A stretch of 40,045 nt of DNA from a virus (taxonomy: Duplodnaviria > Heunggongvirae > Uroviricota > Caudoviricetes), in IMG/VR virus record IMGVR_UViG_2778261504_000023, positions 1 through 40,045 of that record, one strand, 5' to 3'. Shown here in pieces: positions 24,078 to 33,565 of the stretch. The notes beneath the pieces are model-generated. The model was not told the DNA's origin, searched no databases, and was given only the letters and a program-made list of their open reading frames with translations. A program made the translations under genes and the position numbers. Positions within the stretch are counted from its first letter, which is position 1. The number at the start of each line of letters is the position of its first letter.

Positions 24078-26590
24078 TGCCAGTCGTACCAACAGTATCC
24101 GGACGTCAGGTTGAGAGCCGTGGAGTTCAGTCAGCAGGCTTGCAGACGTTTTCTCAGCCAGGTATTGGTGATGCTTTTGTTCGGGCAGGGGCAGAGACTA
24201 TTGATGTTTTTGGTCAGGCAAAACAGCGTGCCAATATCGCTCTGGCTCAGGAGGCATCTCTTAACCTCAGTCAGATAAGCAGCGATCTGCTGAATAACCC
24301 TGAAACAGGGTTGCTTAACCTGAAAGGGAAAAATGCTATTGGAAAAGGCCATGAGTATACGCAGCAGTTTGATGCTCAGGTCGAACAACTGGCTATGTCG
24401 CTGCCGGATGAACAGGCTCGTAATACTTTCATGCAGCAGGCGCAGCAGCAGCGCATTCAGTTCACTACGCAGGCCGGGCGGCACGAGATAGGGCAAATAA
24501 ACGCCTACGAAGAAGGCCAGTTTCAGGCTACGCTGCTGAACAATGGTAAAAATGCCGCAGCATTGTATGGCGACAACGCCGCATACGTATTGGCTAATAA
24601 GCAAACTTTCCAGCAAATTGAGGATTACGGCATTGCGCATGGCTGGAGCGACGAGCAAATCCAGGCCAAGAAAGTCGAGTTTAAAGAGAAGGTTGCTGAT
24701 GCCGCATTGTCCCAGTGGTCGGCAAACAATGCGACCGCATTCATCCAAAGTAATGGCGAGTTAAGTGATACTGCTGCTGGAGCTCGCCGTGCTGTAGCAG
24801 ATAGTGACTCTTCCGAGCGTGCCCGTGGCATACGCAACAATAACCCAGGAAATCTCGAATACAGCAAAACTAATCCGTGGGTAGGCCAGACCGGTGATGA
24901 TGGTCGATTTGCTAAATTCGAAACACCTGAACACGGGATTCGTGCATTAGGGCGAAACCTGATGTCGTATCAGAGGCAGGGTATTGATACCGTCAGCGAG
25001 ATAATTAATCGCTGGGCACCGCCTACTGATAAAAATGACACTATGTCGTATATCAAAGCAGTGTGCGAACAACTTGGCGTTTCTGCTGATGAGCCTCTTG
25101 ATGCATCTAATCCTGATACCCTGAAGGCGCTTTGTGCAGCCATTATCCATCATGAGAACGGTAGCCAGCCATACAGTGATCAGCAGTTAACTGCTGGTGT
25201 CAGTGCAGCACTTGGTTTATCAACAATTCCAACCAACACCAAACGCTATACCGGTAATGCAGCATTCGATGCGGCATCTCCTGAGGCGCAGGCAAGTTTT
25301 ATGCGACAGGCGGATCAACTGCGTCGGCAGCAGCAGGCTGAATATAAAACGATGATTGACAGCCAGGTTCGCGATGCGACAGCTGCGTATATGCGTGGCG
25401 TTGAATTTCCTAACCCACCTGGTGAGGCTGATTTTATTGCAGCTTATGGAGTAAGAGAAGGAAACCTGCGATATACCGAGTTCAGAAATACGCAAATCGC
25501 CGGACAGTATATAGGCTCTTTCCGCAACATGCCGACAAGCAGCATTACAGCATATGTTGAGCAATTACGCCCGGATACTGGTGAGACAGGGGAGGGGTAT
25601 GCGGCACGCGCAGCTCTTTATGACAACGTTGTTTCGGCTGCAAATCAGGTGATAAAGCAGCGGCAGTCGGATCCTGTGCAGTTCTCTCTTGCCTCCGGAC
25701 AGGCAAAGCCTATCGACATGAGCAATAAGGATAACTTTGGACAGAGCGTTGCCTTGCGTGCCGCTCAGGTCAGTGATCTTGCTAAGTCATATGGCACTCC
25801 ACTGACGTTCTTTTCCAAAGACGAGGCCAATCAGATCGGTGTTTTCTTTCGTGATGCTCCAGTTTCCCAACAGGCAGCATATCTCGATACCATCAGGCAG
25901 AGCACTGGTGGTGGGCAGGTGTATATGTCAGCACTACAGCAGATCAGTGCCAACGCTCCATCTGCTGCCGTTGCCGGGATACTGATGGATAAGCCTGGTG
26001 GTATTTTGGCAGAAAAAAACTGGTTTAATCCTGATGTTTCCGTGTCTCCTGAAACCGCAGCGCAGACAATTCTTGCTGGTGCGGCGGCTCGTAAGGGTAC
26101 TGATGACGCGAAAGGTATTCCGATGCCTAAAGATGCTGATCTTCGCCTTGAGTTTTCTGACATGGTGAAGGATGCATTTGCTGGTGATGCTCAGGGGGCA
26201 TCAATGGCATACGAGATCGCAAAGGACTATTACGCTGGTGTGATGGCGAAAAAAGGCGTGGTATCAGGCGAAATTGACAATGATATCTGGAAACAGGCTG
26301 TTAACGTAGCTACAGGTGGCGTGCATGACTATAACGGAATGGGGAATGTTCTTTTGCCGTGGGGAATGTCTGCAGAGCAATTCGATAAGCAGGTTAATCA
26401 GGTTTGGAATGAACAAGTTGTTGGCACAGGGATAAAAACACCGCCTGGTCAGTATGGTTTGCAAAGTTACGGCGATAGTCAGTACCTGGTGAAACTTGGT
26501 ACTGGTTATCTGCTGAAAGATGATGGTTCTCCCGTTGTTCTTGATCTGACTCAGAAGCGTCAGAGATTCTCCGGAAATATTCCGCAATGA
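24077..26590 (+). CDS. Internal virion / ejection protein (837 aa) with conserved RNNNPGN-containing domain
   Basis: ATG 24077 overlapping upstream stop; segment ARGIRNNNPGNLEY...GRFAKFETPEHGIRALGRNL, a motif I recall from virion-associated cell-wall-acting domains (uncertain). Confidence 0.5.
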   Translation: MPVVPTVSGRQVESRGVQSAGLQTFSQPGIGDAFVRAGAETIDVFGQAKQRANIALAQEASLNLSQISSDLLNNPETGLLNLKGKNAIGKGHEYTQQFDAQVEQLAMSLPDEQARNTFMQQAQQQRIQFTTQAGRHEIGQINAYEEGQFQATLLNNGKNAAALYGDNAAYVLANKQTFQQIEDYGIAHGWSDEQIQAKKVEFKEKVADAALSQWSANNATAFIQSNGELSDTAAGARRAVADSDSSERARGIRNNNPGNLEYSKTNPWVGQTGDDGRFAKFETPEHGIRALGRNLMSYQRQGIDTVSEIINRWAPPTDKNDTMSYIKAVCEQLGVSADEPLDASNPDTLKALCAAIIHHENGSQPYSDQQLTAGVSAALGLSTIPTNTKRYTGNAAFDAASPEAQASFMRQADQLRRQQQAEYKTMIDSQVRDATAAYMRGVEFPNPPGEADFIAAYGVREGNLRYTEFRNTQIAGQYIGSFRNMPTSSITAYVEQLRPDTGETGEGYAARAALYDNVVSAANQVIKQRQSDPVQFSLASGQAKPIDMSNKDNFGQSVALRAAQVSDLAKSYGTPLTFFSKDEANQIGVFFRDAPVSQQAAYLDTIRQSTGGGQVYMSALQQISANAPSAAVAGILMDKPGGILAEKNWFNPDVSVSPETAAQTILAGAAARKGTDDAKGIPMPKDADLRLEFSDMVKDAFAGDAQGASMAYEIAKDYYAGVMAKKGVVSGEIDNDIWKQAVNVATGGVHDYNGMGNVLLPWGMSAEQFDKQVNQVWNEQVVGTGIKTPPGQYGLQSYGDSQYLVKLGTGYLLKDDGSPVVLDLTQKRQRFSGNIPQ

Positions 26591-28389
26591 GTTACTTTGG
26601 CCTTAATCCAGTAAACCAGAATCAGCAGCTTGACGAAGCAGCATCAAATCCAGCGGGCTTTAACAGCGATGTTGGTTTTTTCGACAATGCTGTAGGAGCG
26701 GCATTGTCTGGTTTGTACTCCGGGCTGGTGGCAAAGCCAGATCAGTTGCTATGGGCAGGGATGGATAAAATCGTATCCCCGATTGCTCAGTTTGTTAACG
26801 AAAACACCTCGCTCAATGACACTTCAGTTTCATACATTGCCGAGCAGAGAAAACTAGCAGAGCAGCAGGTTAAGCGGCTGACGCCTGATGCGGCGACAAC
26901 TGGAACCGCCGGGCAGGTTCTTTATGGGTTGTTCGATATGGGCGGGCAGGCTGTTGTCGGTACAACGCTCGGTGGTCCGGTCGGAGGTGCAGCGGCGGTA
27001 ACTTCGCTACAGGGTTTTTCTGAGTTTGAACGGCTGACAGCACAGGGTGTTGATTTTAGGACGGCGCAGGAAGCAGGATTAGTGCAGGGTATTACTGCTG
27101 GTGCCGGAACACTGATCCCTATGAGCCTCGGGTTACGTGCTGGTGGTGCGCTGGCGGAAGGTGTGGCGGCCCAGCTTCCGCGGACGGGTGAAAGTTCAGT
27201 GCGACGCGCCGCAGCAACAGCAGTACGTGCAACGCCAGATATTGCCTATGCCGCAGGTACAAATATTGCGTTCGGTATGGCACAGCGTGGGCTTACTGCA
27301 AAAACGCTTCGTGATGGTGGCTATAGCGAAATGGCTAACCAGTATGATGTGTTGGATCGACAGGCAATTGCTATTGATGCTGTTCTTGGAGTGGCGTTTG
27401 GTGGTGTCGGCAGATTTATTAACTCTCGCGGCGAGTCTACAAGCGCACCAAATTTTTCACCAGTTGATGTTGATGCTGCACTGGCGGCGAATGCCGCTCA
27501 TCATGCTGAAATTGATATTGCGCCCGGCGTGCCGATCAACGTGCTTTCGCGCAATTCTCACATTCAGGCTCTGCGAAAAGCTATGTCTGATGTTAGCCAG
27601 GGGAGACCTGTAGACGTTGCCAGCATTGTTGAGTCTGCATCTTTCAGTGAAATTCCTGGGCGCAAGAGTCTGCTGTCTCAGGCAGTTAATGAGGCTCTGT
27701 CATCTGTAGATGATGGAGTAACGGCGCGCGCTATAGAAAATCGGTTGCTTGAAGAACAGGCCGCGCAGCTTTTGCCGCGTGGCGATAGACAGGTTTACCA
27801 GTCTGAAATCGCTAATAGCCAACGAATTATTGAAAATCTCACTGAACAGCGCGCACAAATTCTTGCAGAAGAGCCAACCGGTAGCGGTAAATCTTTGTCT
27901 CGTGCTCGATCAGATAAACAGGTCAGACTTCGCGATATTGACCAACGAATCCGGCAGGCACAAGAACGCCTGGAATTTTCCCGTAACGCGTTGGCACCGC
28001 ATGAGCCTGGCGGTCAGTTTTTTGAAGCTCGAGCAGAACTGGCACGGAGACAGCAGGCTGAAAGTGAACTTAATGCTCAGGCTGTTTCATTCTATAAAAC
28101 AGCAGAGGTCAGGACGCCAGACGAAGTAGCTCCTTTTGAGCCTGATAAAATATTGCAACAGGCAGAACAAAAAATGATGGCGGATCAGGCAGGAGATATT
28201 GATCTGCGCATAGCTGAAGACTCGCTGCTTGAATCACCTGACATGATAATCACCGTGCTGGATGATGATGGTAATCCACAATCGCGCAGCGCGCGTGAAG
28301 TACTGGATGAAGCGAACAGGGAAAGTGAGCAGGCAATACAGGATTCCAGCCTGTTTGATGTCGCTGTGGCGTGTTTCTTGAGAGGTTAA
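26587..28389 (+). CDS. Internal virion / ejection protein (600 aa)
   Basis: Large Ala-rich protein in series with neighbours; overlapping stop/start. Confidence 0.45.
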   Translation: MSYFGLNPVNQNQQLDEAASNPAGFNSDVGFFDNAVGAALSGLYSGLVAKPDQLLWAGMDKIVSPIAQFVNENTSLNDTSVSYIAEQRKLAEQQVKRLTPDAATTGTAGQVLYGLFDMGGQAVVGTTLGGPVGGAAAVTSLQGFSEFERLTAQGVDFRTAQEAGLVQGITAGAGTLIPMSLGLRAGGALAEGVAAQLPRTGESSVRRAAATAVRATPDIAYAAGTNIAFGMAQRGLTAKTLRDGGYSEMANQYDVLDRQAIAIDAVLGVAFGGVGRFINSRGESTSAPNFSPVDVDAALAANAAHHAEIDIAPGVPINVLSRNSHIQALRKAMSDVSQGRPVDVASIVESASFSEIPGRKSLLSQAVNEALSSVDDGVTARAIENRLLEEQAAQLLPRGDRQVYQSEIANSQRIIENLTEQRAQILAEEPTGSGKSLSRARSDKQVRLRDIDQRIRQAQERLEFSRNALAPHEPGGQFFEARAELARRQQAESELNAQAVSFYKTAEVRTPDEVAPFEPDKILQQAEQKMMADQAGDIDLRIAEDSLLESPDMIITVLDDDGNPQSRSAREVLDEANRESEQAIQDSSLFDVAVACFLRG

Positions 28390-28394
28390 ATTAA

Positions 28395-30869
28395 ATGAGA
28401 CAGGAATGTATACAAGCGGTCCAGCAGGCGGCGCAGCGCACGTTAACGGCGCGAGAAATACAGAACATTGAAGACCGCATTTATCGAAATATGCGCTCCA
28501 TTGCTCGTGATGACCCGATGTCGTGGAGACAACTTTCCGAATCAGAGCGGCTATATCGTGCAGCACAATTGGCATCTGAAGGATTACAGCGAGAAGCGGC
28601 ATTAAAGAAACGTCGTGTGGCCCTCACTATAGCCGCACGTCAGAGATTGGATAAATTTATCAATAGCTATCAAGGGGCTGATGGGAAACTTGGCGCTCTT
28701 AACCGTACTATTGCTTTTAATGCAGACGGTAAATCGAATTTCCTCTCTGTTGAATCCAGAACAAAAGCCACCCGTGATTATGCATTGAGTCAATTGCAGG
28801 AGGCATTCGAAGCAGTTGATCCTCGCTTTTTTGGTCTGTTTGAAGATGAAGCGGGCGTACGTGACCTGGTATATGAAATGCGGGGGCAAAATACTGGCAA
28901 TGCTAAAGCAAGAAAAGGTGCTAAGGCGTGGAGAGAAGTTACAGAGCTGCTGCGCCGCCGGTTTAATGATGCTGGTGGGGACATTGGCTATCTCGAAAAC
29001 TGGGGGATCCCTCAACATCATTCTATGGAAAAGGTTGGGGCGGTATCAAAAGATAAATGGGTTAGCGATGTTATAGGTAAGCTGGATCGCAAATATTATA
29101 CCCTAGCCGATGGACAACTGATGAACGATGCCGAGTTGTCTGCATTTCTTGGAGAGGCTTATAACACGATCGCTACTGGTGGGCTGAATAAGCTTACTGA
29201 TACCGGAATGCGAATTTCCGGCGCACGTGCTAACCGTGGTAATGCATCACGACAGATACATTTCAAAGATGCAGATTCCTATCTGCAATATCAGCAACTT
29301 TATGGCGATCGCTCTCTATGGGAAATCATGGTCGGTCACCTTGAAGGTATCAGTAAAGATATTGCATTGGTGGAAACATATGGCCCAAACCCCGATCATG
29401 TTTTCCGCTCTCTTCTTGATCAGGTGAAGGCAGAAACGGCAACAGCTAACCCGAGTAAAACCGGTAAAGTCGAGCGGCTGGCGAACAACACAGAGAATCT
29501 GTACAACTTTATTTCCGGAAAGACACAGCCTGTAGCGAATCCGCACATCGCGCGCTGGTCTGACAATATCCGCAACTGGCTGGTTGCCAGCCGACTAGGA
29601 TCCGCGTTGCTGTCATCGTTCTCTGATCTTGGAACCATGTATCTGTCTGCGAAGGTGACCAACCTTCCAATGAACCAGTTATTCCGCAACCAGCTTGAAG
29701 CTATGGACCCAACGAACCGTACTGAGCTTGCGCGGGCGCGCCGCGCTGGTCTGGCGATGGAATCTCTACTTGGCAGTGTTAACCGCTGGGCGATGGATAA
29801 TATGGGGCCGTCTGTGTCTCGTTGGGCGGCGACGGCGGTAATGCGTGCCAGTGGGCTTACAGCATGGTCAGATGCGCACAAGCGCGCCTATGGCGTAACC
29901 ATGATGGGAAGCCTGGGAGAAGTAGTGTCACGGACACCAGACCTTCGTAGCCTCGATGACTCTGATTTTCGTATCCTGAAAAGCAAAGGGATTACTGACA
30001 CAGACTGGAGTGTATGGAAGCTGGCGCAACAGGAGGACTGGGGGAACGGTAATAATACGATGCTGACACCGGAAAGCATTATGCGTATCCCTGATTCAGC
30101 AGTTAAACATCTTGGTGAGCCTGAACGCGTGAAATTTGAGGCAATGCGTAAACTGCTCGGTGCCGTAACTGAAGAAGTTGATATGGCTGTTATTACACCG
30201 GGTGCACGTGAGAAACTGATAACCGGTTCTGGTATTCAGCGTGGAACATGGAAAGGTGAATTAACGAGAAGTGTTTTCCTGTTTAAATCGTTCCCTATCT
30301 CGGTGGTTATGCGTCACTGGTCACGCGCTATGGGTATGCCGTCGGCTGGTGGGCGTGCGGCATATATTGCGACGTTTATTGCCAGTACGACCATTCTTGG
30401 CGCTTTGTCGCAGCAACTTAACGACCTTGCGTCTGGTCGTAATCCTCGCGAGATGACAGGAGAAGATGCTGCTAAATTTTGGCTTGGTGCTCTACTGAAA
30501 GGTGGTGGTCTTGGCCTTTACGGTGACTTTTTATTGTCAGATCACACTAGGTACGGAAGCGGCGCGCTGGCGTCGATGCTTGGCCCGGTAGCTGGTCTGG
30601 TTGATGACGTAGTGAAGATTGCTCAGGGCATACCGTTAAATGCTGTGGAAGGGAAGAGTGAGCAGACTGGTGGTGATCTGGTGAAGCTGGGGAAAGGTTT
30701 GATGCCAGGTGCGAATCTCTGGTACTTAAAGGCGGCTCTCGATCATATGATCTTTAACCAGATGCAGGAGTATTTTTCACCAGGCTATTTGCGTAAAATG
30801 GAGCAACGTTCGAAGAAAGAGTTTAACCAGACATACTGGTGGCGACCTCAGGATGTCACTCCGCAATAA
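28395..30869 (+). CDS. Internal virion / ejection protein (824 aa, gp16-like position)
   Basis: SD GAGAGG; large protein at position of podoviral core proteins. Confidence 0.45.
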   Translation: MRQECIQAVQQAAQRTLTAREIQNIEDRIYRNMRSIARDDPMSWRQLSESERLYRAAQLASEGLQREAALKKRRVALTIAARQRLDKFINSYQGADGKLGALNRTIAFNADGKSNFLSVESRTKATRDYALSQLQEAFEAVDPRFFGLFEDEAGVRDLVYEMRGQNTGNAKARKGAKAWREVTELLRRRFNDAGGDIGYLENWGIPQHHSMEKVGAVSKDKWVSDVIGKLDRKYYTLADGQLMNDAELSAFLGEAYNTIATGGLNKLTDTGMRISGARANRGNASRQIHFKDADSYLQYQQLYGDRSLWEIMVGHLEGISKDIALVETYGPNPDHVFRSLLDQVKAETATANPSKTGKVERLANNTENLYNFISGKTQPVANPHIARWSDNIRNWLVASRLGSALLSSFSDLGTMYLSAKVTNLPMNQLFRNQLEAMDPTNRTELARARRAGLAMESLLGSVNRWAMDNMGPSVSRWAATAVMRASGLTAWSDAHKRAYGVTMMGSLGEVVSRTPDLRSLDDSDFRILKSKGITDTDWSVWKLAQQEDWGNGNNTMLTPESIMRIPDSAVKHLGEPERVKFEAMRKLLGAVTEEVDMAVITPGAREKLITGSGIQRGTWKGELTRSVFLFKSFPISVVMRHWSRAMGMPSAGGRAAYIATFIASTTILGALSQQLNDLASGRNPREMTGEDAAKFWLGALLKGGGLGLYGDFLLSDHTRYGSGALASMLGPVAGLVDDVVKIAQGIPLNAVEGKSEQTGGDLVKLGKGLMPGANLWYLKAALDHMIFNQMQEYFSPGYLRKMEQRSKKEFNQTYWWRPQDVTPQ

Positions 30870-30878
30870 GGAAGTGTT

Positions 30879-31052
30879 GTGTTTTTAATTATTTTGAGTG
30901 TGATAATTTCTGGTGGGTTGTTATTTATTGACCGCTACAAATATTTTCTTAACCCTCAGACTCAAGCTATTTGCTGGTTCATCTTTGTTGTGCAGGGAAT
31001 AGTTCTTGTTGCAAGCCTTATTGAGGGGAGGCCTCTGATTTTTACTGGGTAA
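30879..31052 (+). CDS. Hypothetical small membrane protein (57 aa)
   Basis: Not in ORF track; GTG 30879 with SD AAGGAAG; VFLIILSVIISGGLLFIDRYKYFLNPQTQAICWFIFVVQGIVLVASLIEGRPLIFTG, two hydrophobic segments. Confidence 0.3.
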   Translation: MFLIILSVIISGGLLFIDRYKYFLNPQTQAICWFIFVVQGIVLVASLIEGRPLIFTG

Positions 31053-31064
31053 ATAGGTGACTAC

Positions 31065-31361
31065 ATGCAAGCTATAGGATTCATTGTTTATATCGTCGTT
31101 GGTCTTTTTCAGTTGGCAGCAATTATGGCTGGGCTTGAATCATGGTGGGGATTGCACTGGATAATTGCAGCCCCCATTGCTTTCATCGTGAGCTATATTC
31201 CATTTGTTGGAGCGATTGTTGGTATGGTTGGCGCTGTGGATGTATGGCGGTGGGAGTGGTGGCAGGCTGGCCTTCTCTTCTTTGGTGGGATCATATTTGC
31301 TATTGTCTGCGGTGGAATGTCATCATTTTTCGAATGGCTATCATTCAGAAAAAGAGCGTGA
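31065..31361 (+). CDS. Hypothetical membrane protein (98 aa, about 3 TM segments)
   Basis: Highly hydrophobic; SD AGGTGA; stop overlaps GTGACATGTCAC palindrome. Confidence 0.5.
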   Translation: MQAIGFIVYIVVGLFQLAAIMAGLESWWGLHWIIAAPIAFIVSYIPFVGAIVGMVGAVDVWRWEWWQAGLLFFGGIIFAIVCGGMSSFFEWLSFRKRA

Positions 31362-31369
31362 CATGTCAC
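31358..31369. repeat. 12-bp perfect palindrome GTGACATGTCAC (copy 3 of 3)
   Basis: Overlaps stop codon of 31065..31361 and directly precedes terminator hairpin. Confidence 0.8.
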
Positions 31370-31395
31370 AGGCCGCTTTCGCGGCCTTGTTTTTA
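31370..31395 (+). terminator. Rho-independent terminator (plus strand)
   Basis: AGGCCGC-tttc-GCGGCCT followed by TGTTTTT. Confidence 0.7.
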
Positions 31396-31434
31396 ACGAA
31401 TGCCACCGCCGCCCGGGCGGGAATCCGCAGACAC

Positions 31435-31456
31435 AAAAAAGCCCGCGGCGCGGGCT
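31435..31456 (-). terminator. Rho-independent terminator (minus strand) after moron gene
   Basis: On plus strand AAAAAA then GCCCGCG-gc-GCGGGC; U-run on minus. Confidence 0.65.
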
Positions 31457-31460
31457 TCTA

Positions 31461-32093
31461 TTAATGCAGTTTATCTTTGCTTATAACCAGTAGTCTGTGG
31501 GTATGCACATCTTTATCACTGCCCCAACAGAAATCAGCCCACTGGCTATAGAAATCATCCCATGATGTCATGAAGCTAAGAGGTCTATCTTCTTCAGAGC
31601 CATCTGAAACGTATACATTATATCCCGGGGTGTTTATAGCCCAAGAAATCATTCTTTCCCAGAATCTTCTCCCATCGATTGTTTGTTGCTCATCAGATAC
31701 AACGATCGCATATTGCTCTAGGAAGAACTGAAAAAAAATCTGAGGCAAACCATGAACAGCACGGTCATGAATAACATTAGGCGTACGCCATACCATGATC
31801 TGCGTACATGTTCTTTTGGCTTCGACGATATCTTCCCGAAAGATTAACTTAACCGCATACACCGTTTCTGGAGTATCGCTGGTAGTAATCATTCTGTAAT
31901 GATCGCCATTACAAGATTTTACAAGGCGATAACCATAAGGTGTTGTGAATCCCGGAAGAACGAAATCAACCACACCTTTCGCTAAGTAGCTTTCGGTGTG
32001 ACTAGTGTTCTTCTCAGACATGTTCAGTTTTCTATCGAAATCTGCTTCTGGGATAATGTATGGCATCGCTTTTCTTGTTGTATTTGTTCTCAT
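31461..32093 (-). CDS. Hypothetical protein (210 aa), AT-rich moron of unknown function
   Basis: Strong SD GGGAGG before ATG 32093; visibly AT-rich compared with flanking structural genes; own upstream palindrome and downstream terminator. Confidence 0.55.
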   Translation of the reverse strand: MRTNTTRKAMPYIIPEADFDRKLNMSEKNTSHTESYLAKGVVDFVLPGFTTPYGYRLVKSCNGDHYRMITTSDTPETVYAVKLIFREDIVEAKRTCTQIMVWRTPNVIHDRAVHGLPQIFFQFFLEQYAIVVSDEQQTIDGRRFWERMISWAINTPGYNVYVSDGSEEDRPLSFMTSWDDFYSQWADFCWGSDKDVHTHRLLVISKDKLH

Positions 32094-32151
32094 TTCGTCC
32101 TCCCATGTTTGGCTACAGGACGCGTTTTGAAGGGAAGATTAAAAATGCTTT

Positions 32152-32166
32152 CTTACCCTTGAGGTA
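32152..32166. promoter_or_regulatory. Palindrome TTACCCTTGAGGTAA upstream of moron gene
   Basis: Perfect TTACC-N5-GGTAA. Confidence 0.55.
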
Positions 32167-32232
32167 ATAGTACGCTATTCACCTGCAATCTGTACAGAAT
32201 TATTTAAAGGCACATCCCTGTGCCGCCGCCCG

Positions 32233-32919
32233 TCAGAAGAACCCTGCCTTGTCGTTGATGTATTCCGCGTGAGTCTGGATATCACGCAGGCATTTGCTCA
32301 CACCGACGATGTAGCAGAACATGGTGGTCAGCTCCGCCGCCGCGCCCGATACATCGTGCCCGTCGTCCTGCAACTGGTTCAGCAGATTCATCAGCAGTGA
32401 GTTCTCCGTCAGGCCGAGAACACCAGACGGGGAATGAATCAGGCTGCGGTAGCCGGGCTTCAGCGGGGCGCTGTAGGTTTTGTTCTCTACCTTCATTGCC
32501 TGCATCACTGCTGATGCTGTGGCGCTGGCTACCTGGTCGGCAACCATCTTTATGCGTTCTTCCTGCGGGAGCGAGTTTTTAATGTAACTTCCGGTGCGGC
32601 GGATCTGAGAAACAACCTCACCTGTAACCCATTTACGAAAGCGGTAGGGGATAGTGCCTGGTGTCACTGCGTCGCGGCAGCGGAGGATCAGTGTGTAGAG
32701 GCCTGACTCGTTGATAATATTGGTTTCGCCTTGACGGCCTAAGTTAAATTTAGCCCTTTCATCATCATCAAGAGATTTTATTGACATAGTGGGGTTTGTC
32801 AGTTGAAGAGCTTTAATAACGTCTTTGGCAACAAACCAAGGATTTCCATCAATAACAATGGCTCGAATGGTTGCTTCTGATTCAAAATGAAAAACAGATG
32901 GGGTTACGTTAGCAGTCAT
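32233..32919 (-). CDS. Bro-N (KilA-N/Ant N-terminal) domain protein, antirepressor-like
   Basis: About 228 aa from ATG 32919 (SD AAGGTGA); FHFESEATIRAIVIDGNPWFVAKDV...NESGLYTLILRCRDA...FRKWVTGEV matches Bro-N consensus; C-terminal domain paralogous to 33232..33489. Confidence 0.7.
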   Translation of the reverse strand: MTANVTPSVFHFESEATIRAIVIDGNPWFVAKDVIKALQLTNPTMSIKSLDDDERAKFNLGRQGETNIINESGLYTLILRCRDAVTPGTIPYRFRKWVTGEVVSQIRRTGSYIKNSLPQEERIKMVADQVASATASAVMQAMKVENKTYSAPLKPGYRSLIHSPSGVLGLTENSLLMNLLNQLQDDGHDVSGAAAELTTMFCYIVGVSKCLRDIQTHAEYINDKAGFF

Positions 32920-33185
32920 AGTGATCACCTTTGTAGTTAGGTTAATCACCACTACCGACGCCAATCGGTTGGTGGTGAACTGTGCAGGGTTGGCGTAACC
33001 GGCTACAAAGGACCCGGCGCACCTTTCGGTGCCCCCACACAGCCCACCATAGAATAGGTGCGCTTTACACATAAAAAAACCGCTTATGCGGCATATGTGC
33101 CTCTGTAGTAACCCGGGACGCCAATCCCGGCACTGGATTTTGCCAGTGCCCGATTACTATGGCACAAGAGGAGTGCGATGTAAAT

Positions 33186-33200
33186 TTACCGCAAAGGTAA
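33186..33200. promoter_or_regulatory. Palindrome TTACCGCAAAGGTAA in leader upstream of bro-N gene
   Basis: Perfect TTACC-N5-GGTAA. Confidence 0.55.
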
Positions 33201-33231
33201 ATATAAGCACTCCTCTTGGTGATTTCAAATC

Positions 33232-33489
33232 TTATCTGGTTTGTTTTCGTAATTGTTCGGCACAATAGTCGAGATGTGTTTGCAGATCCTGCATAGACAT
33301 CTGTGAGCTGGTGACGTAGTTAATCAGTGCAGTCAGTTCGGCAAGTGGGCCATCGACATTAAATCCATCCTTATCGAGATCCCGGAGTAATTTCATCAAG
33401 TGCGATCCCTCCACTAGTGATCTGACGCCTCCCGGCGTGTGAATCCTTTCGGTAAATCCGTCTTCCAGTGGATAGTGATACTGCTGCAT
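33232..33489 (-). CDS. Small antirepressor-like protein (85 aa), paralogue of C-terminal domain of the Bro-N protein, LexA-box controlled
   Basis: ATG 33489 with SD GGAG; IHTPGGVRSLVEGSHLMKLLRDLDKDGFNVDGPLAELT...DLQTH aligns with IHSPSGVLGLTENSLLMNLLNQLQDDGHDVSGAAAELT...DIQTH of 32233..32919; perfect LexA box 22 bp upstream. Confidence 0.55.
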   Translation of the reverse strand: MQQYHYPLEDGFTERIHTPGGVRSLVEGSHLMKLLRDLDKDGFNVDGPLAELTALINYVTSSQMSMQDLQTHLDYCAEQLRKQTR

Positions 33490-33510
33490 CTTATCTTCTC
33501 CATGCAATAA

Positions 33511-33526
33511 CTGTATATTTATACAG
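33511..33526. promoter_or_regulatory. LexA box (SOS box)
   Basis: AACTGTATATTTATACAGTA: CTGT-N8-ACAG with AT-rich spacer, matching enterobacterial consensus TACTGTATATATATACAGTA; overlaps candidate -10 TATAAA on minus strand. Confidence 0.7.
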
Positions 33527-33565
33527 TAGCAAATAATTTGTTTGCTATCCAGCACGTTTTGCAAA

